Shown piece by piece: positions 7,901-16,487 of a DNA stretch of 49,177 nt. Position 1 is the stretch's first letter. Every line of letters begins with the position of its first letter. Location of the stretch: positions 1 to 49,177 of IMG/VR virus record IMGVR_UViG_3300016654_000037; one strand, given 5' to 3'. Position numbers and translations under genes: made by a program. The notes below the pieces were generated by a model. The model was not told where the DNA came from. It was given only the letters and a program-made list of their open reading frames with translations, and searched no databases. This DNA comes from a virus (lineage: Duplodnaviria; Caudoviricetes).

Positions 7901-10900
7901 ATAGTTCTTTTAAGTCCATCTTCACTGTAGCCTTTGTCGGCTTCTCTAATCTTTTTGATGACCTTGGAAACATGCTCAGGATTCTCATAGTCAAAAGGAT
8001 TCTGCGCCGACACATAAACCGGGATCAGGTTAGGCCCGACCGGGACAAGCTCTTGATAGGCGCGGGTTAGGTAATCTAATCCCTCGCCTTGTCTATTTTT
8101 TAACTCAGCAAGTATCTCTGCTCTAGCTCTACCTTTATAGTCTTGACGTATTAAGGCTTGAGCTTTCTTTTCTACTTGAGATTTGATCTCTGGAGTAGCC
8201 CATTCATCTACATGCCTAGCTAACCAAGCATAACTATCTAAAGAGAAAGCCTCGGCAAACTTAGGACTATCAGTTACAAAGATGGCATTGGCTTGCTTAG
8301 GACGGAACGACTCTATGTCTCTAGAGGTACCGTGGTACATAACCTTAGGTCTACCGTCTTCAGTGATCTTGCTGTCTTTGAACCACTGTTTAAACTTCTC
8401 TGATCCCTCCAGCGGGGATCGGGCAAACTTAACAAGCTTTAAGCCTTTCTGCTTGTACTGAGTATGCTCTTCTATCCTAGTCTGTAAATCTTTAGCTAGG
8501 TCTTTAGCTTCTTTGATTAAGGCAGGTGTGCGTATCTCTGCGTAATCCAGATCGCCACGACCTAACCCATCATAGACATACGTTACGTTGTTAATGAACC
8601 GATCCGCGAACTCTCGGTCCTGATCAAAGAAGATCGTGCCGTCATCTTTCAGCGCCGTATCAGCGAGGGCTAAGGTCTTTCTGATATCTGCCCTGACTTG
8701 AGGAGTCAACATCTGCATAGCTGAATAAACACCACCCTCAGTTGCATAACGCTCAAGCTCTCTATCTTCTTTATCTTCTAATTGATTAGAGATGTCTATG
8801 ACATTCCGAGCAAATCTAATGTCTTTCTTGCTTGGGTCAAATGTGCCTCGGTTGCCAATAGCGGATTTAACTGAAGTTCCTCTGCCAAGTGCATAGACAT
8901 CACTATAGTAGGAGTACTTTTTTTCCTTATCTACCGCATACGCTTCACGAGCCATAGGCCCGATGTCAACTACTTGTCTGGCTACAAGAACTTCGCCCGG
9001 GGCAAGGAGTCTAGCGCGGCGGTCAAACTCTATCTTGTCAAAACGACGTGAACCATATCGGTCTACAGTTACAGGGAACTCAGTTAATTTATCTGCCTTG
9101 ACGTATATCGGAAGGATAGAGCCGGGAGTCCCAAAAGTTTCGTCTGGCATACCATATGAGGCAGCAACGTCCGGGCTATCCGATGCAAAAACATTGTACT
9201 CCCCTCTTGGTTCAGCATTGAGTGCTCCCTCCGCATCGCCTTGTATTCCACGATACAAAACTAACGGCTTACCTTCAGGGCCAACAACCTTGCTATCGCC
9301 GAACCAGCGTTTAAACTCTTCACTCTCTACTGATGGCGCCCGAGCAAACTTAACCCTCCCAAATCCATACTCTGCTGGGTTAAATGGCTCCTTCCGTGGA
9401 AGGTCTTTCACCCCGGCAGCGTTATTGATCTTCTCTACTTCTTCAGAAGAAAGGATACGGTTGATCTTCATAGATCCACCGATCAACCAATTACCTGTCA
9501 TGTTGGGATTGGTCTTGTACCGATAGTACCCATCCTCTGGGATCTGATCTTTGATCTCCGCAGTACTAGGATTCATCTGGCCTTTAACGGCGCCCGTTTG
9601 AGGGTTGCTTGTTTTGTAAGCGGTCGCCCGACGATTGGCTTCTGTTTGCCAATCTTTATCGTCCGCCATTTCGACTTCCACCCACACTTCGTCAGGGCGG
9701 CGTATTGTGGGCAGTTTCTTCTCTTCGCCCGATTCTTCGTCGTAACGGAGCGCAGGTTCGCCACCAATATGAGTAGCGATAGGCAAATCTCCGGCATGCC
9801 AGCCGGGGCGCATCGCTAAAGGTCCGAGCTTTGATTTGACTTGAGGACGTCCTGTCTTAGTAGCTTTTGCGCTTTCTCCAATGTCGGCGTCCATCCATTC
9901 GCCAACTGGGACTGGTGTATTGGAATTCACAAACAAAGGGAATAATTCGCCCGGGCGATTTTTCTTAACTTTGAACAGCTTATAAGCAGTAACCGTTTTC
10001 TTAGGCGCGGGTTTAGTACGTCTGGCGAATTTAAACGATGGGTCTTCTTCGTTGATTGAAGTCGGCCCAATACTTACTTCACTTGGTTTGATCTTGTACC
10101 GCATCGCACCAGAGGCGACAAAGTCAAAGACATCATCAGCTGTCTGATAGCCTTTACCTGTGAAGAAGTTTCTTATCCGGCCAAAGAAGTTAGCTAACTT
10201 GTTAAACGCAGTAGCAACTAATCCTGCCGGGGAGAAGGCTTTCTGCATATAGTGTTCAAACGCTACAGCAATAGCTTCTTCTATCTGTATCTCAGGAGAC
10301 ATGTCTGAGTACAACTCAGCCACGGTCTTACCTTGAAGGGCAGGCCACTTTCTCTTTAGCCAATCCTTCTTAGCGGCAGTGGTTAGAGCTTTCCACTCGG
10401 ATTCAGTAAAGAGACCTGCCTCTTTAAAGGCATGGATCGCCTCATGATGTAAGGTCTGAATCCTTGAGCGGGTAGGATTCATGGCGATACTAATGGTCTG
10501 ATTCGTAAAGGCACCGTCCACAGGTGTACCTTGACCGAGCAAAGTCTTGTACAACTTCACCCCAACGTCGGGTAGCCCTAAACGATCCAACTCTTTTCTG
10601 AGTTCCTCTACAGGTTCACCCGTTACTTCTTCTTGTGCAAGAAGATCTGCACTGGGTTCTGCACTGGGTTCTGCACTAACTACCGGTGCATTTGCACTAA
10701 CCGTCGGTGCATTTGCACTAACTTCTTCAGGCTGTTTAAACGCTAAATCCCTAGCTACATCCGGCGTATCACCCGTAGAGACCGGCACCCTTCCTTCTGG
10801 AGTATGTTTAAACGCAGTAAACTCATCAATACCTCTTTCTTTAGTTTCTTCTAAGGGCTTGATTTGTATAGGTTTTTGTAAGGCTTCAAGGATTTGATCT

Positions 10901-12396
10901 TTGATGCCAATTTGTTCATTTAACTTATCTACTTGCTCGGGATAAGTTTTATCTCTGAACGCTTCAAAGTCTTCTCTTGAGACGTTGATAACGTCCTTTT
11001 GTTTTCTATCCAGCTCTTCATCTAACTTAGCAAGCCGTTCAATCAGCTTGGTTCTTTCTTCTTCTTGTTTAGCTATGTCCGCATCTTTCGTGGACTCCAT
11101 AGCATCTTTAAGCCGATTCGCCTCAGCTAAAGTACCAACAGCCCGATCTTGTACACCACTAACGACATACCCCGCCGGGATAAGATCTTGTGCCTTACCT
11201 GTTTGTTCTACCGTAAAGATATCTTCTCCCATCCTAATAGGTTCAATACCTTCAGGAATCCGGGATAGGATTTGATTCTGTGCTTCTAACTTTTGCTGCG
11301 CGGCAATATTTTCCGCTTCAACACGCTGTTGCTCTGCAACCTTAGCTGCTTCCTCAGCTTCTCTAGCTTTAACAAGACCACGCTCTCTAACAGCTTCCAC
11401 AGTAGAAGAGGGAAGGCTAACACCCCCACCAACAATAGCGCCCCGTAAAAATGAATCAATGTAACGGGTAACATTATCAGGCGAGAAAAGGTCATAGTTC
11501 TCTTTTAAAGTCTTAACCGCTAGGTTGTTAATAAACTCTTGGCCTGTTTCTGTAACGCCTTCCGTTAAGAAACCCTTCGCAACACCAGACCCAATCGTCT
11601 TCCAGACCTTAGGATCAGCGCCTGATTCTTTGACCATCTCTCTGATCAAAGCACCTTTACCTACGGTACCGAGTTGATCTAATACTTTCGCCGGAAGAAT
11701 AGAATCCAACGCCGAGGATAAGCCACCATACAAAGCAGCCACCGCAGGTTCCATCTTTCCTGTCTCTTGATAGATACCCTGAAAGACTTCAGGAGCGTTC
11801 TGGGCGTAAGAACCTAAGTAGGTGCCAGCTAACATACCCCGCGTAGCACTACGCTCTGCTGCGGTCTCTGCGGCCTTTACAGCGGCTTCTCTTGCTAGTC
11901 CTTGTCTTGCTGCTCCGGCTAGGGCTTGTCTTGCTGCGGTTTGTGCGCCAACTCTTCCAAGCGTGGCGCCTACCCCGCCCGGGACAAGTGAAGTAAGTAC
12001 ATCAAAAGCACCGCCACCAAGTGCTTCAGCAGCATAACCTAATGCATCTTTACCAGTCTCTACATCTTGATAGGTTTTGTATATCTCAGGGATACGTTCT
12101 TGGAGGGCTTGTTCGGACTTTGCAGCCTCTTCCATTTGCCGCTTGGCATATTCATCATACCCAAATGCCGATCCAAACATGGCCGGAATAACGTCTCCAA
12201 AGCCTATCTTTGCGCGTTCATATTGTCTTTCAAATGCGCGACCTGCTAGCTCCCCAAGACCAAACTGCTGGGGGATGTCTGGTTCTAGACCAGCTTTTTT
12301 TTGAAGTTGTTCCCTTAGGTCAAATATCTGATCAAACGTGTAGTCATCCGGTACAGGAACTCTTCCAACGCCGGGAACATTGATAAGTTTGGGCAT
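4876..12396 (-). CDS. Giant internal virion / ejection polyvalent protein (2506 aa): HExxH metallopeptidase-like domain, RPGWH domain, two ART-PolyVal-like domains, PLxRFG domain
   Basis: Last gene of the virion module. TLHHEAIH (10432-10449), FKRWFGDSKVV...PLVLYRG, FKQWFKDSKI...KVMYHGT, YFPLARFG (about 7014-7035), hydrophobic Gly/Ala-rich N- and C-terminal stretches. Confidence 0.85.
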   Translation of the reverse strand: MPKLINVPGVGRVPVPDDYTFDQIFDLREQLQKKAGLEPDIPQQFGLGELAGRAFERQYERAKIGFGDVIPAMFGSAFGYDEYAKRQMEEAAKSEQALQERIPEIYKTYQDVETGKDALGYAAEALGGGAFDVLTSLVPGGVGATLGRVGAQTAARQALAGAARQGLAREAAVKAAETAAERSATRGMLAGTYLGSYAQNAPEVFQGIYQETGKMEPAVAALYGGLSSALDSILPAKVLDQLGTVGKGALIREMVKESGADPKVWKTIGSGVAKGFLTEGVTETGQEFINNLAVKTLKENYDLFSPDNVTRYIDSFLRGAIVGGGVSLPSSTVEAVRERGLVKAREAEEAAKVAEQQRVEAENIAAQQKLEAQNQILSRIPEGIEPIRMGEDIFTVEQTGKAQDLIPAGYVVSGVQDRAVGTLAEANRLKDAMESTKDADIAKQEEERTKLIERLAKLDEELDRKQKDVINVSREDFEAFRDKTYPEQVDKLNEQIGIKDQILEALQKPIQIKPLEETKERGIDEFTAFKHTPEGRVPVSTGDTPDVARDLAFKQPEEVSANAPTVSANAPVVSAEPSAEPSADLLAQEEVTGEPVEELRKELDRLGLPDVGVKLYKTLLGQGTPVDGAFTNQTISIAMNPTRSRIQTLHHEAIHAFKEAGLFTESEWKALTTAAKKDWLKRKWPALQGKTVAELYSDMSPEIQIEEAIAVAFEHYMQKAFSPAGLVATAFNKLANFFGRIRNFFTGKGYQTADDVFDFVASGAMRYKIKPSEVSIGPTSINEEDPSFKFARRTKPAPKKTVTAYKLFKVKKNRPGELFPLFVNSNTPVPVGEWMDADIGESAKATKTGRPQVKSKLGPLAMRPGWHAGDLPIATHIGGEPALRYDEESGEEKKLPTIRRPDEVWVEVEMADDKDWQTEANRRATAYKTSNPQTGAVKGQMNPSTAEIKDQIPEDGYYRYKTNPNMTGNWLIGGSMKINRILSSEEVEKINNAAGVKDLPRKEPFNPAEYGFGRVKFARAPSVESEEFKRWFGDSKVVGPEGKPLVLYRGIQGDAEGALNAEPRGEYNVFASDSPDVAASYGMPDETFGTPGSILPIYVKADKLTEFPVTVDRYGSRRFDKIEFDRRARLLAPGEVLVARQVVDIGPMAREAYAVDKEKKYSYYSDVYALGRGTSVKSAIGNRGTFDPSKKDIRFARNVIDISNQLEDKEDRELERYATEGGVYSAMQMLTPQVRADIRKTLALADTALKDDGTIFFDQDREFADRFINNVTYVYDGLGRGDLDYAEIRTPALIKEAKDLAKDLQTRIEEHTQYKQKGLKLVKFARSPLEGSEKFKQWFKDSKITEDGRPKVMYHGTSRDIESFRPKQANAIFVTDSPKFAEAFSLDSYAWLARHVDEWATPEIKSQVEKKAQALIRQDYKGRARAEILAELKNRQGEGLDYLTRAYQELVPVGPNLIPVYVSAQNPFDYENPEHVSKVIKKIREADKGYSEDGLKRTIGAGLWSVIEKPHTQKAIRALGFDGFYVEEGGTKNLAVYEPSQVKSVFNIGDFSIDDRRLSFARSPIADMQEKALEKIDAVQSKEASNGYNLAKSPVTAKQGMNVVNQFMAQSPTFGKQVVDKILDMGLDNKKLLYNFLTLEQLADVGKDILPEMTTYYETFQEMAGYRDKQLFAANKIAKELSDLARAKPDQSELLADVAHSSTLASFDPDRPGTDRNPAITQMWNKLDPQAKALYRKMRDFYENRYNAYYALLLQRIDSAITDKNKKAEINARLKKQFETARVKGPYFPLARFGQYWVSYNDGVERFVMFENRSEAEKFKQSISHLKDVKAGLREERNLNMPIPNSVIKELIDTVDSAKNPTELKQDLWAAYLTMLPEVSMRKHFIPRKGTPGYSNDIVRVFAENTFHGAYNLARLKYAPQFEKSMDQMRERISEANKKGEGAEPQELFNALLKRQEFILNPTPSSMFSNAAGILGFTWFLTAPASAITNLSQNATVAYPILGARFGFGKAMNEMLGASRLFMSSGERNLDEPFSMVRALEQRVKESSGADKKRYERELKAIEALMDNGTLSRTQTMDLAQLTDKPSIVGTKLNTFMKWTAAMFHGAEVFNRSTTAYAAYRMAFDKSGDHEAAIKEASRLVRRSHFDYSASNKAPIAQGEYAKVIFMFKQYGMNMTYLLLREAQILGKHVIKRYKGTPLEQEAIDRAREARDTLVGIMGMTGLFSGVMGLPYPMYLMTMLVANALFGDEEDEVFDAETRFKLWLTDSLGASAADIIAKGPVSYLTGADFSERVSMNGLIFREVGRLGAKQAEEQEQKEATLQWIADITGPLGGLAINFSKGLGAMSNGNVYQGIEMMIPLAVANGMKGFRYYTEGVLTMKGDPIVEEVNTYQSFLRAIGYAPTEVARQLEENTAIRAVESQATMSRKRLLNRFALAIHENDYDAIEDIEAAIERFNEKYPGYEITGQTLTQSLRARDAASAETEHGLRINKRIRGVYERASRLNEE
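10646..10722 (-). repeat. In-frame 12-nt and 21-nt tandem repeats (SANAPTVSANAPVVSAEPSAEPSA linker)
   Basis: tctgcactgggt twice followed by tctgcact, then tgcactaac...cggtgcatt twice. Confidence 0.85.
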
Positions 12397-13796
12397 TAGT
12401 CTTCATCCGTATCTTTACTAGCGTAAGCATAACCAACTCTCGCTTTGTCAGGGTCAAGTCCCATTCTACGGAACACTTCGTTCTTAACAAATGGCTCTAT
12501 CATGTCTGACACGGCTCTTTGTCCAGCCTCCGTATTTAAAGCGTCTTTTCCTTTCCTACGGGCAATCGTGTCTTGCGCTGCCTTTAAAAGATTACGATAT
12601 TGTGGACTAGCCTCAAAGTCTTTCAAGACTCTGGCGTAGTCAGCAGGCTTAACATTACCTGCGTTCTGAGCCTTCATTAAAGCGGCTTGTGCTTGTAAAG
12701 GAGCTAGACCAATCTTTGTTTCATAAAGCTTACGCTGTACAGCGTTAGTCTTTATCTGGTCTTCCAACTTAGCTTTCTCCATAGACAAGGTAATGCCTTG
12801 TACTTTAAGAGCTTCAGCCTTCTCATTAAGACGACCAGCAAGTTCAAAGTTGCCACGATCTCTAGCATCTTTTGCTTGTGCCATGGCGATCTTTTGCTGC
12901 ATGATCGTATCGTCTATCTGAGCGTTCTTTTGTTGGACGGCTTTATAAGCACCTAACCCAGATTCTCCAGCGGCACCTACGTTTTGGAAGAAGTCTCTTG
13001 ACGTACCTTGAAGCGCTTTTAATCCAAACTGTCTGAAGCCTTCTCTTCTTGCTTCTTCTTCAGAAGTCTTCCTACCTCTGAGATAGTCTTGATACTCTTT
13101 CATTAAAGGAGAGACTGTGTCAGGGAATTCTTTCTCTAGAAGACCTGCACCTTTTCTGGAAGCAGCGATCATCTCTTCCATCGTTTGAGGTGTAAACGAA
13201 GCTATCCCTGCGGAAGGTGTCTGAGCTTGTGCAGGAGCTTTGGTAGGACCAGCTTGAGTGGTTGTCCGAGTAGGACGTGCAGCAACAGCCTGAGTTCCTC
13301 TTCCACCTGATACGTTGTATTCATCAACAACATCAGGTTTGACAGTTGTGCCTTCTAAATAAGTTCTTGTGGCCTCAGATGGACTTGTGCCTTGTCTTGC
13401 TAGTTGACGCCTAATTCTTTCTTTGTCTTCTTCAATCTGCGCTTCAGAAATTGGCAACATGCCAGCAAATTCGTCAGACAAACCTCCATTACGGAAAGCT
13501 ACAATGCCGCCACCATACATGCCAACAGGGGGTTGTTGCATCGGTTGTTGCATCGGTTGCATCGGTTGTTGCATAGGTTGCTGCATCTGCGGCGACATAA
13601 TCCCAAGCTCTTGCGGGATACGTTCTGAGAGAGGTATATCGGGTTCTTGTGACTGAGCTTGATAACGATCACGTTCTTTCTTACGTTCGTTTAACTCCAT
13701 CAACGCAATAAACCCTAACGCAGGATCTCTGACGTACTCAGCCACCTTCTCATCAGGTAAGCGTTTAAACGTCTGCTGAACCTTAATGATATTCAT
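12396..13796 (-). CDS. Internal virion / DNA ejection protein (P22 gp20-like position)
   Basis: 466 aa, helical, Ala/Gln-rich, GMYGGGIVAFRNGG motif, directly upstream of the giant ejection protein. Confidence 0.7.
   Translation of the reverse strand: MNIIKVQQTFKRLPDEKVAEYVRDPALGFIALMELNERKKERDRYQAQSQEPDIPLSERIPQELGIMSPQMQQPMQQPMQPMQQPMQQPPVGMYGGGIVAFRNGGLSDEFAGMLPISEAQIEEDKERIRRQLARQGTSPSEATRTYLEGTTVKPDVVDEYNVSGGRGTQAVAARPTRTTTQAGPTKAPAQAQTPSAGIASFTPQTMEEMIAASRKGAGLLEKEFPDTVSPLMKEYQDYLRGRKTSEEEARREGFRQFGLKALQGTSRDFFQNVGAAGESGLGAYKAVQQKNAQIDDTIMQQKIAMAQAKDARDRGNFELAGRLNEKAEALKVQGITLSMEKAKLEDQIKTNAVQRKLYETKIGLAPLQAQAALMKAQNAGNVKPADYARVLKDFEASPQYRNLLKAAQDTIARRKGKDALNTEAGQRAVSDMIEPFVKNEVFRRMGLDPDKARVGYAYASKDTDED
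13531..13588 (-). repeat. QQPM tandem repeat
   Basis: ggttgttgcatc units encoding MQQPMQQPMQPMQQPMQQP. Confidence 0.85.
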
Positions 13797-14542
13797 CTCA
13801 TACCTCCGTACAACAAGGAACCTATCCCGACAATCTGAGACATAGGATTCGCCGGAGCTTCATAAACAGACCGAGAGGTAGGCATTTGCTGACCGAAGAT
13901 AATACTTTTGTATGCTTCTGCTTGTTGTTGTGGGTAAAGTCTTTGTCTTTCGTATTCGCCATACAAAGCATCTAACTGAGCTTGTCTTTGCGCTTGTTCA
14001 GCTAACCCTGTGGACATAGCTTGTTGTGCTGCTTGCTGTTGACGTGCTATATCAGCGCCATAAAGTTGACCCGCTTTATCAAAAGCTGCTGCTGATCCTT
14101 GCATCTGAATATTCCCCAGTTGCTGACCAAGATTCCGGGTAAGTTCTGACTCAAGGATGGCCTGACGAGACCCACCAAAAGCACCACGAGAAGCTGCTTG
14201 AGACTTTAAATTCTGTAGCCCTGTACCGTATTCCCTAACCGCAGCTTGTTTAGCTACATCAGTAACAGCTTGCTGATAAGGATTCATATACGCTTGTAGC
14301 GTACCCATTTGCTGACCACCAACATTCATTGTTCCCAGAATCCCGGGAGCGGCTGCTTGTTGTGCAACTAACTCGGCGCCTTGTTGAAATAACGGAGAGG
14401 TCTCAGCTACTCGGTTATAAGCAAACGGTGTATATGGCGTATAGGCATTCTGTTGCGCCATACGATAAAGATCGGACACATAAGGCAGCGCATATTCAGG
14501 CTGGCTTTGTGTGATTGTTTGGGCTGGGCCACCTAAGCTCAT
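13793..14542 (-). CDS. DNA transfer / ejection protein (P22 gp7-like position)
   Basis: YMNPYQQAV...GAFGGSRQAI motif, Gln/Ala-rich, position in module. Confidence 0.7.
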   Translation of the reverse strand: MSLGGPAQTITQSQPEYALPYVSDLYRMAQQNAYTPYTPFAYNRVAETSPLFQQGAELVAQQAAAPGILGTMNVGGQQMGTLQAYMNPYQQAVTDVAKQAAVREYGTGLQNLKSQAASRGAFGGSRQAILESELTRNLGQQLGNIQMQGSAAAFDKAGQLYGADIARQQQAAQQAMSTGLAEQAQRQAQLDALYGEYERQRLYPQQQAEAYKSIIFGQQMPTSRSVYEAPANPMSQIVGIGSLLYGGMR

Positions 14543-14544
14543 GT

Positions 14545-14907
14545 TTAAACCTCACTTGAGAGGATGACGCCGAGTTGTTTCATACCAAAGATCTTTTTCC
14601 AACCCGGGCGTCCTTGGATCAAGATCAAACTGCATCCTGCATTTTCAGCAAACTGACGGATATGCGGTTCCATACCCTTTATTTCTTCTAGTTTCCCACC
14701 GCCTAGCCAGACATTCAAGACACGTTTCTGAGGATATTCTTTGATCTCAGTAACCACTGCACATTCATGCCCGGGCCAGAATTGGGCTTCACCTAATCTG
14801 ACTAACGTCCATACTTCTTCCAAATTACATAGGTTACCGGCGTGATCTAAAGCCTCTTGAATAAAAGGCTTGCACCGTTCCCAGTGGAATTGAAGTTCTT
14901 TGTTCAT
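14545..14907 (-). CDS. GNAT-like virion assembly protein (T7 gp13 / P22 gp14-like position)
   Basis: VVTEI...LNVWLGGG...AENAGC...GRPGWKK pattern, between nozzle and ejection genes. Confidence 0.65.
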   Translation of the reverse strand: MNKELQFHWERCKPFIQEALDHAGNLCNLEEVWTLVRLGEAQFWPGHECAVVTEIKEYPQKRVLNVWLGGGKLEEIKGMEPHIRQFAENAGCSLILIQGRPGWKKIFGMKQLGVILSSEV

Positions 14908-15845
14908 ACAAACTTTTCAGCCTTGATCTCAGGCGCTTGTTTAGTCGTTCCTGTTCGTGCCTTCCTAACCCTCGCCATCATTTCATAAAGGCGTTGGGCG
15001 CCTGCTTTAGAAGAGCCGTTTCCTAAATGAGCCACAACATCAGCAGGAACCACAAACTCACCATCAGCTAATCGCGCCGGTTGTTTATCATTGATCGTGG
15101 CGGGGATACTGTCAGACATCCCATCACCGCGACCTTGTAAGAAACCACCAGACTTCCCGGCAACTACGTTCCCAGTAGCGCCTGTATCAGGGACAGCAGG
15201 TTGTTGTTGGGCAGGTTGCGTCGTAACAGATGTGTTTGTTGTACCGGTTGTCGTCCCTGTTGTCGCACCGCCTGTCATCTGAACATCAGGGACTGATCTT
15301 GGGGTGTACAACTCAGATAGTCTCTGAGCATAGACTTGTTGCCCCGCAGCAATTTCAGCCGGGGTAGGTCCGTATCGCTTCGCAGCTTCAGTGGGGTCAA
15401 ACTGGAAAGGATTGGGATTAAAGAACAAAGGCATACCCATGCCAACTTGTTTGCCAGTATTTTGATTAAGGTAACCCATACCGTACATCGGCGCGGTAAG
15501 TGCTCTGTTATATACAGGCGCTTGTTTGTAAACAGGTTGTTTAATCGTCGGTGGTTTATTGGCTAATGCCTGAGCAATAGCCAAAGCACCTAACCCTAAC
15601 ATGGTTCCAGCTTTGTCCCCTGAAGTCATATTTCCACTAAAAGCGCGGGTAAGGAAATCAGTAAAAGCATTCCCACTTATTGAGGTTTCTGAAGGAGTGC
15701 TGCCTGACTGTGTGATGTTAGAAATTAAATTGTCTGTTGGATCTGTATCAGGCAATGAAGATACATCGCTTAGATTCAAAACAGATTGGTTCTGATTAGA
15801 ACCCATAAGGGCTTCTAAAATGGATGCATCGCCGCTTGATGACAT
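14904..15845 (-). CDS. Putative internal virion protein
   Basis: C-terminal GGFLQGRGDGMSDSIPA...RLADGEFVVPADVV...GA..LYEMM motif. Confidence 0.7.
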   Translation of the reverse strand: MSSSGDASILEALMGSNQNQSVLNLSDVSSLPDTDPTDNLISNITQSGSTPSETSISGNAFTDFLTRAFSGNMTSGDKAGTMLGLGALAIAQALANKPPTIKQPVYKQAPVYNRALTAPMYGMGYLNQNTGKQVGMGMPLFFNPNPFQFDPTEAAKRYGPTPAEIAAGQQVYAQRLSELYTPRSVPDVQMTGGATTGTTTGTTNTSVTTQPAQQQPAVPDTGATGNVVAGKSGGFLQGRGDGMSDSIPATINDKQPARLADGEFVVPADVVAHLGNGSSKAGAQRLYEMMARVRKARTGTTKQAPEIKAEKFV

Positions 15846-15848
15846 AAT

Positions 15849-16487
15849 CTACTCCGGGATAGAAGATACAAAAGCCATGGTTGCAATAACCGAAGGTGTA
15901 GCTGGTCTTGTTGGTGATGCGGCAGAAGGTAAATATTCAACCGTTACTGCTGTGTTTGTTGTCGCCCAATACAGCTCCACATAATCACCCGATTCCATGC
16001 TTAAAAACAAATTAAGCGCCGCAATCAAATGCCCGTCAACACCACCATGTCTATTAGGAACAGAAAACCGAGAGTTACTATTGTCAACATTCGTTCCATT
16101 GACAGCAGCCCAAACATCAACATCATGGATCTGAGTATCTGTGTTATTAAACTGGATACTGAATTGTAAGTTGTAAACGCCGGGATAGGTTACGTTTAAA
16201 CGCGAACTATTGCTTAAGTAAACGCTATCACTGATATCCGTGACATCATAAGTAATTGCATAGGCTGCTGTTGTGCTTACGGCAGTTTGATCTGAGTCGC
16301 TTGAAAAAGCCCCGAAAGGGTTACTCATAAACCTACCGCCATCTGGCCCAAGCAAATATTTTGTGACATTGCTTAGCCGGTTAAAGTAAAGTCTTAAGAC
16401 GTTGTTTAACTGCTCCTGGTACTGAGGATTCCATTCAGGAGGCGCATAGGGTAGATTCGGCGGCTGCGGACTATCAAGGTAACTCAT
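15849..16487 (-). CDS. Virion structural protein with C-terminal beta-sandwich
   Basis: PNLP...LRLYFNRL N-terminus, then GVYNLQFSIQ...GDYVEL beta-rich region. Confidence 0.65.
   Translation of the reverse strand: MSYLDSPQPPNLPYAPPEWNPQYQEQLNNVLRLYFNRLSNVTKYLLGPDGGRFMSNPFGAFSSDSDQTAVSTTAAYAITYDVTDISDSVYLSNSSRLNVTYPGVYNLQFSIQFNNTDTQIHDVDVWAAVNGTNVDNSNSRFSVPNRHGGVDGHLIAALNLFLSMESGDYVELYWATTNTAVTVEYLPSAASPTRPATPSVIATMAFVSSIPE

Noticed and set aside
8963-9526. 187-aa + strand ORF and other antisense ORFs (10547..10897, 25577..25960, 31955..32374)
   Set aside because: Shadows of long, motif-bearing - strand genes, with no recognisable motifs or operon context.
13423-13656. Cys-rich ORF (GCCIGCCIGC) resembling a RiPP precursor or metallothionein
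   Set aside because: It is the antisense reading of the QQPM repeat in 12396..13796, and no modifying enzymes are nearby.
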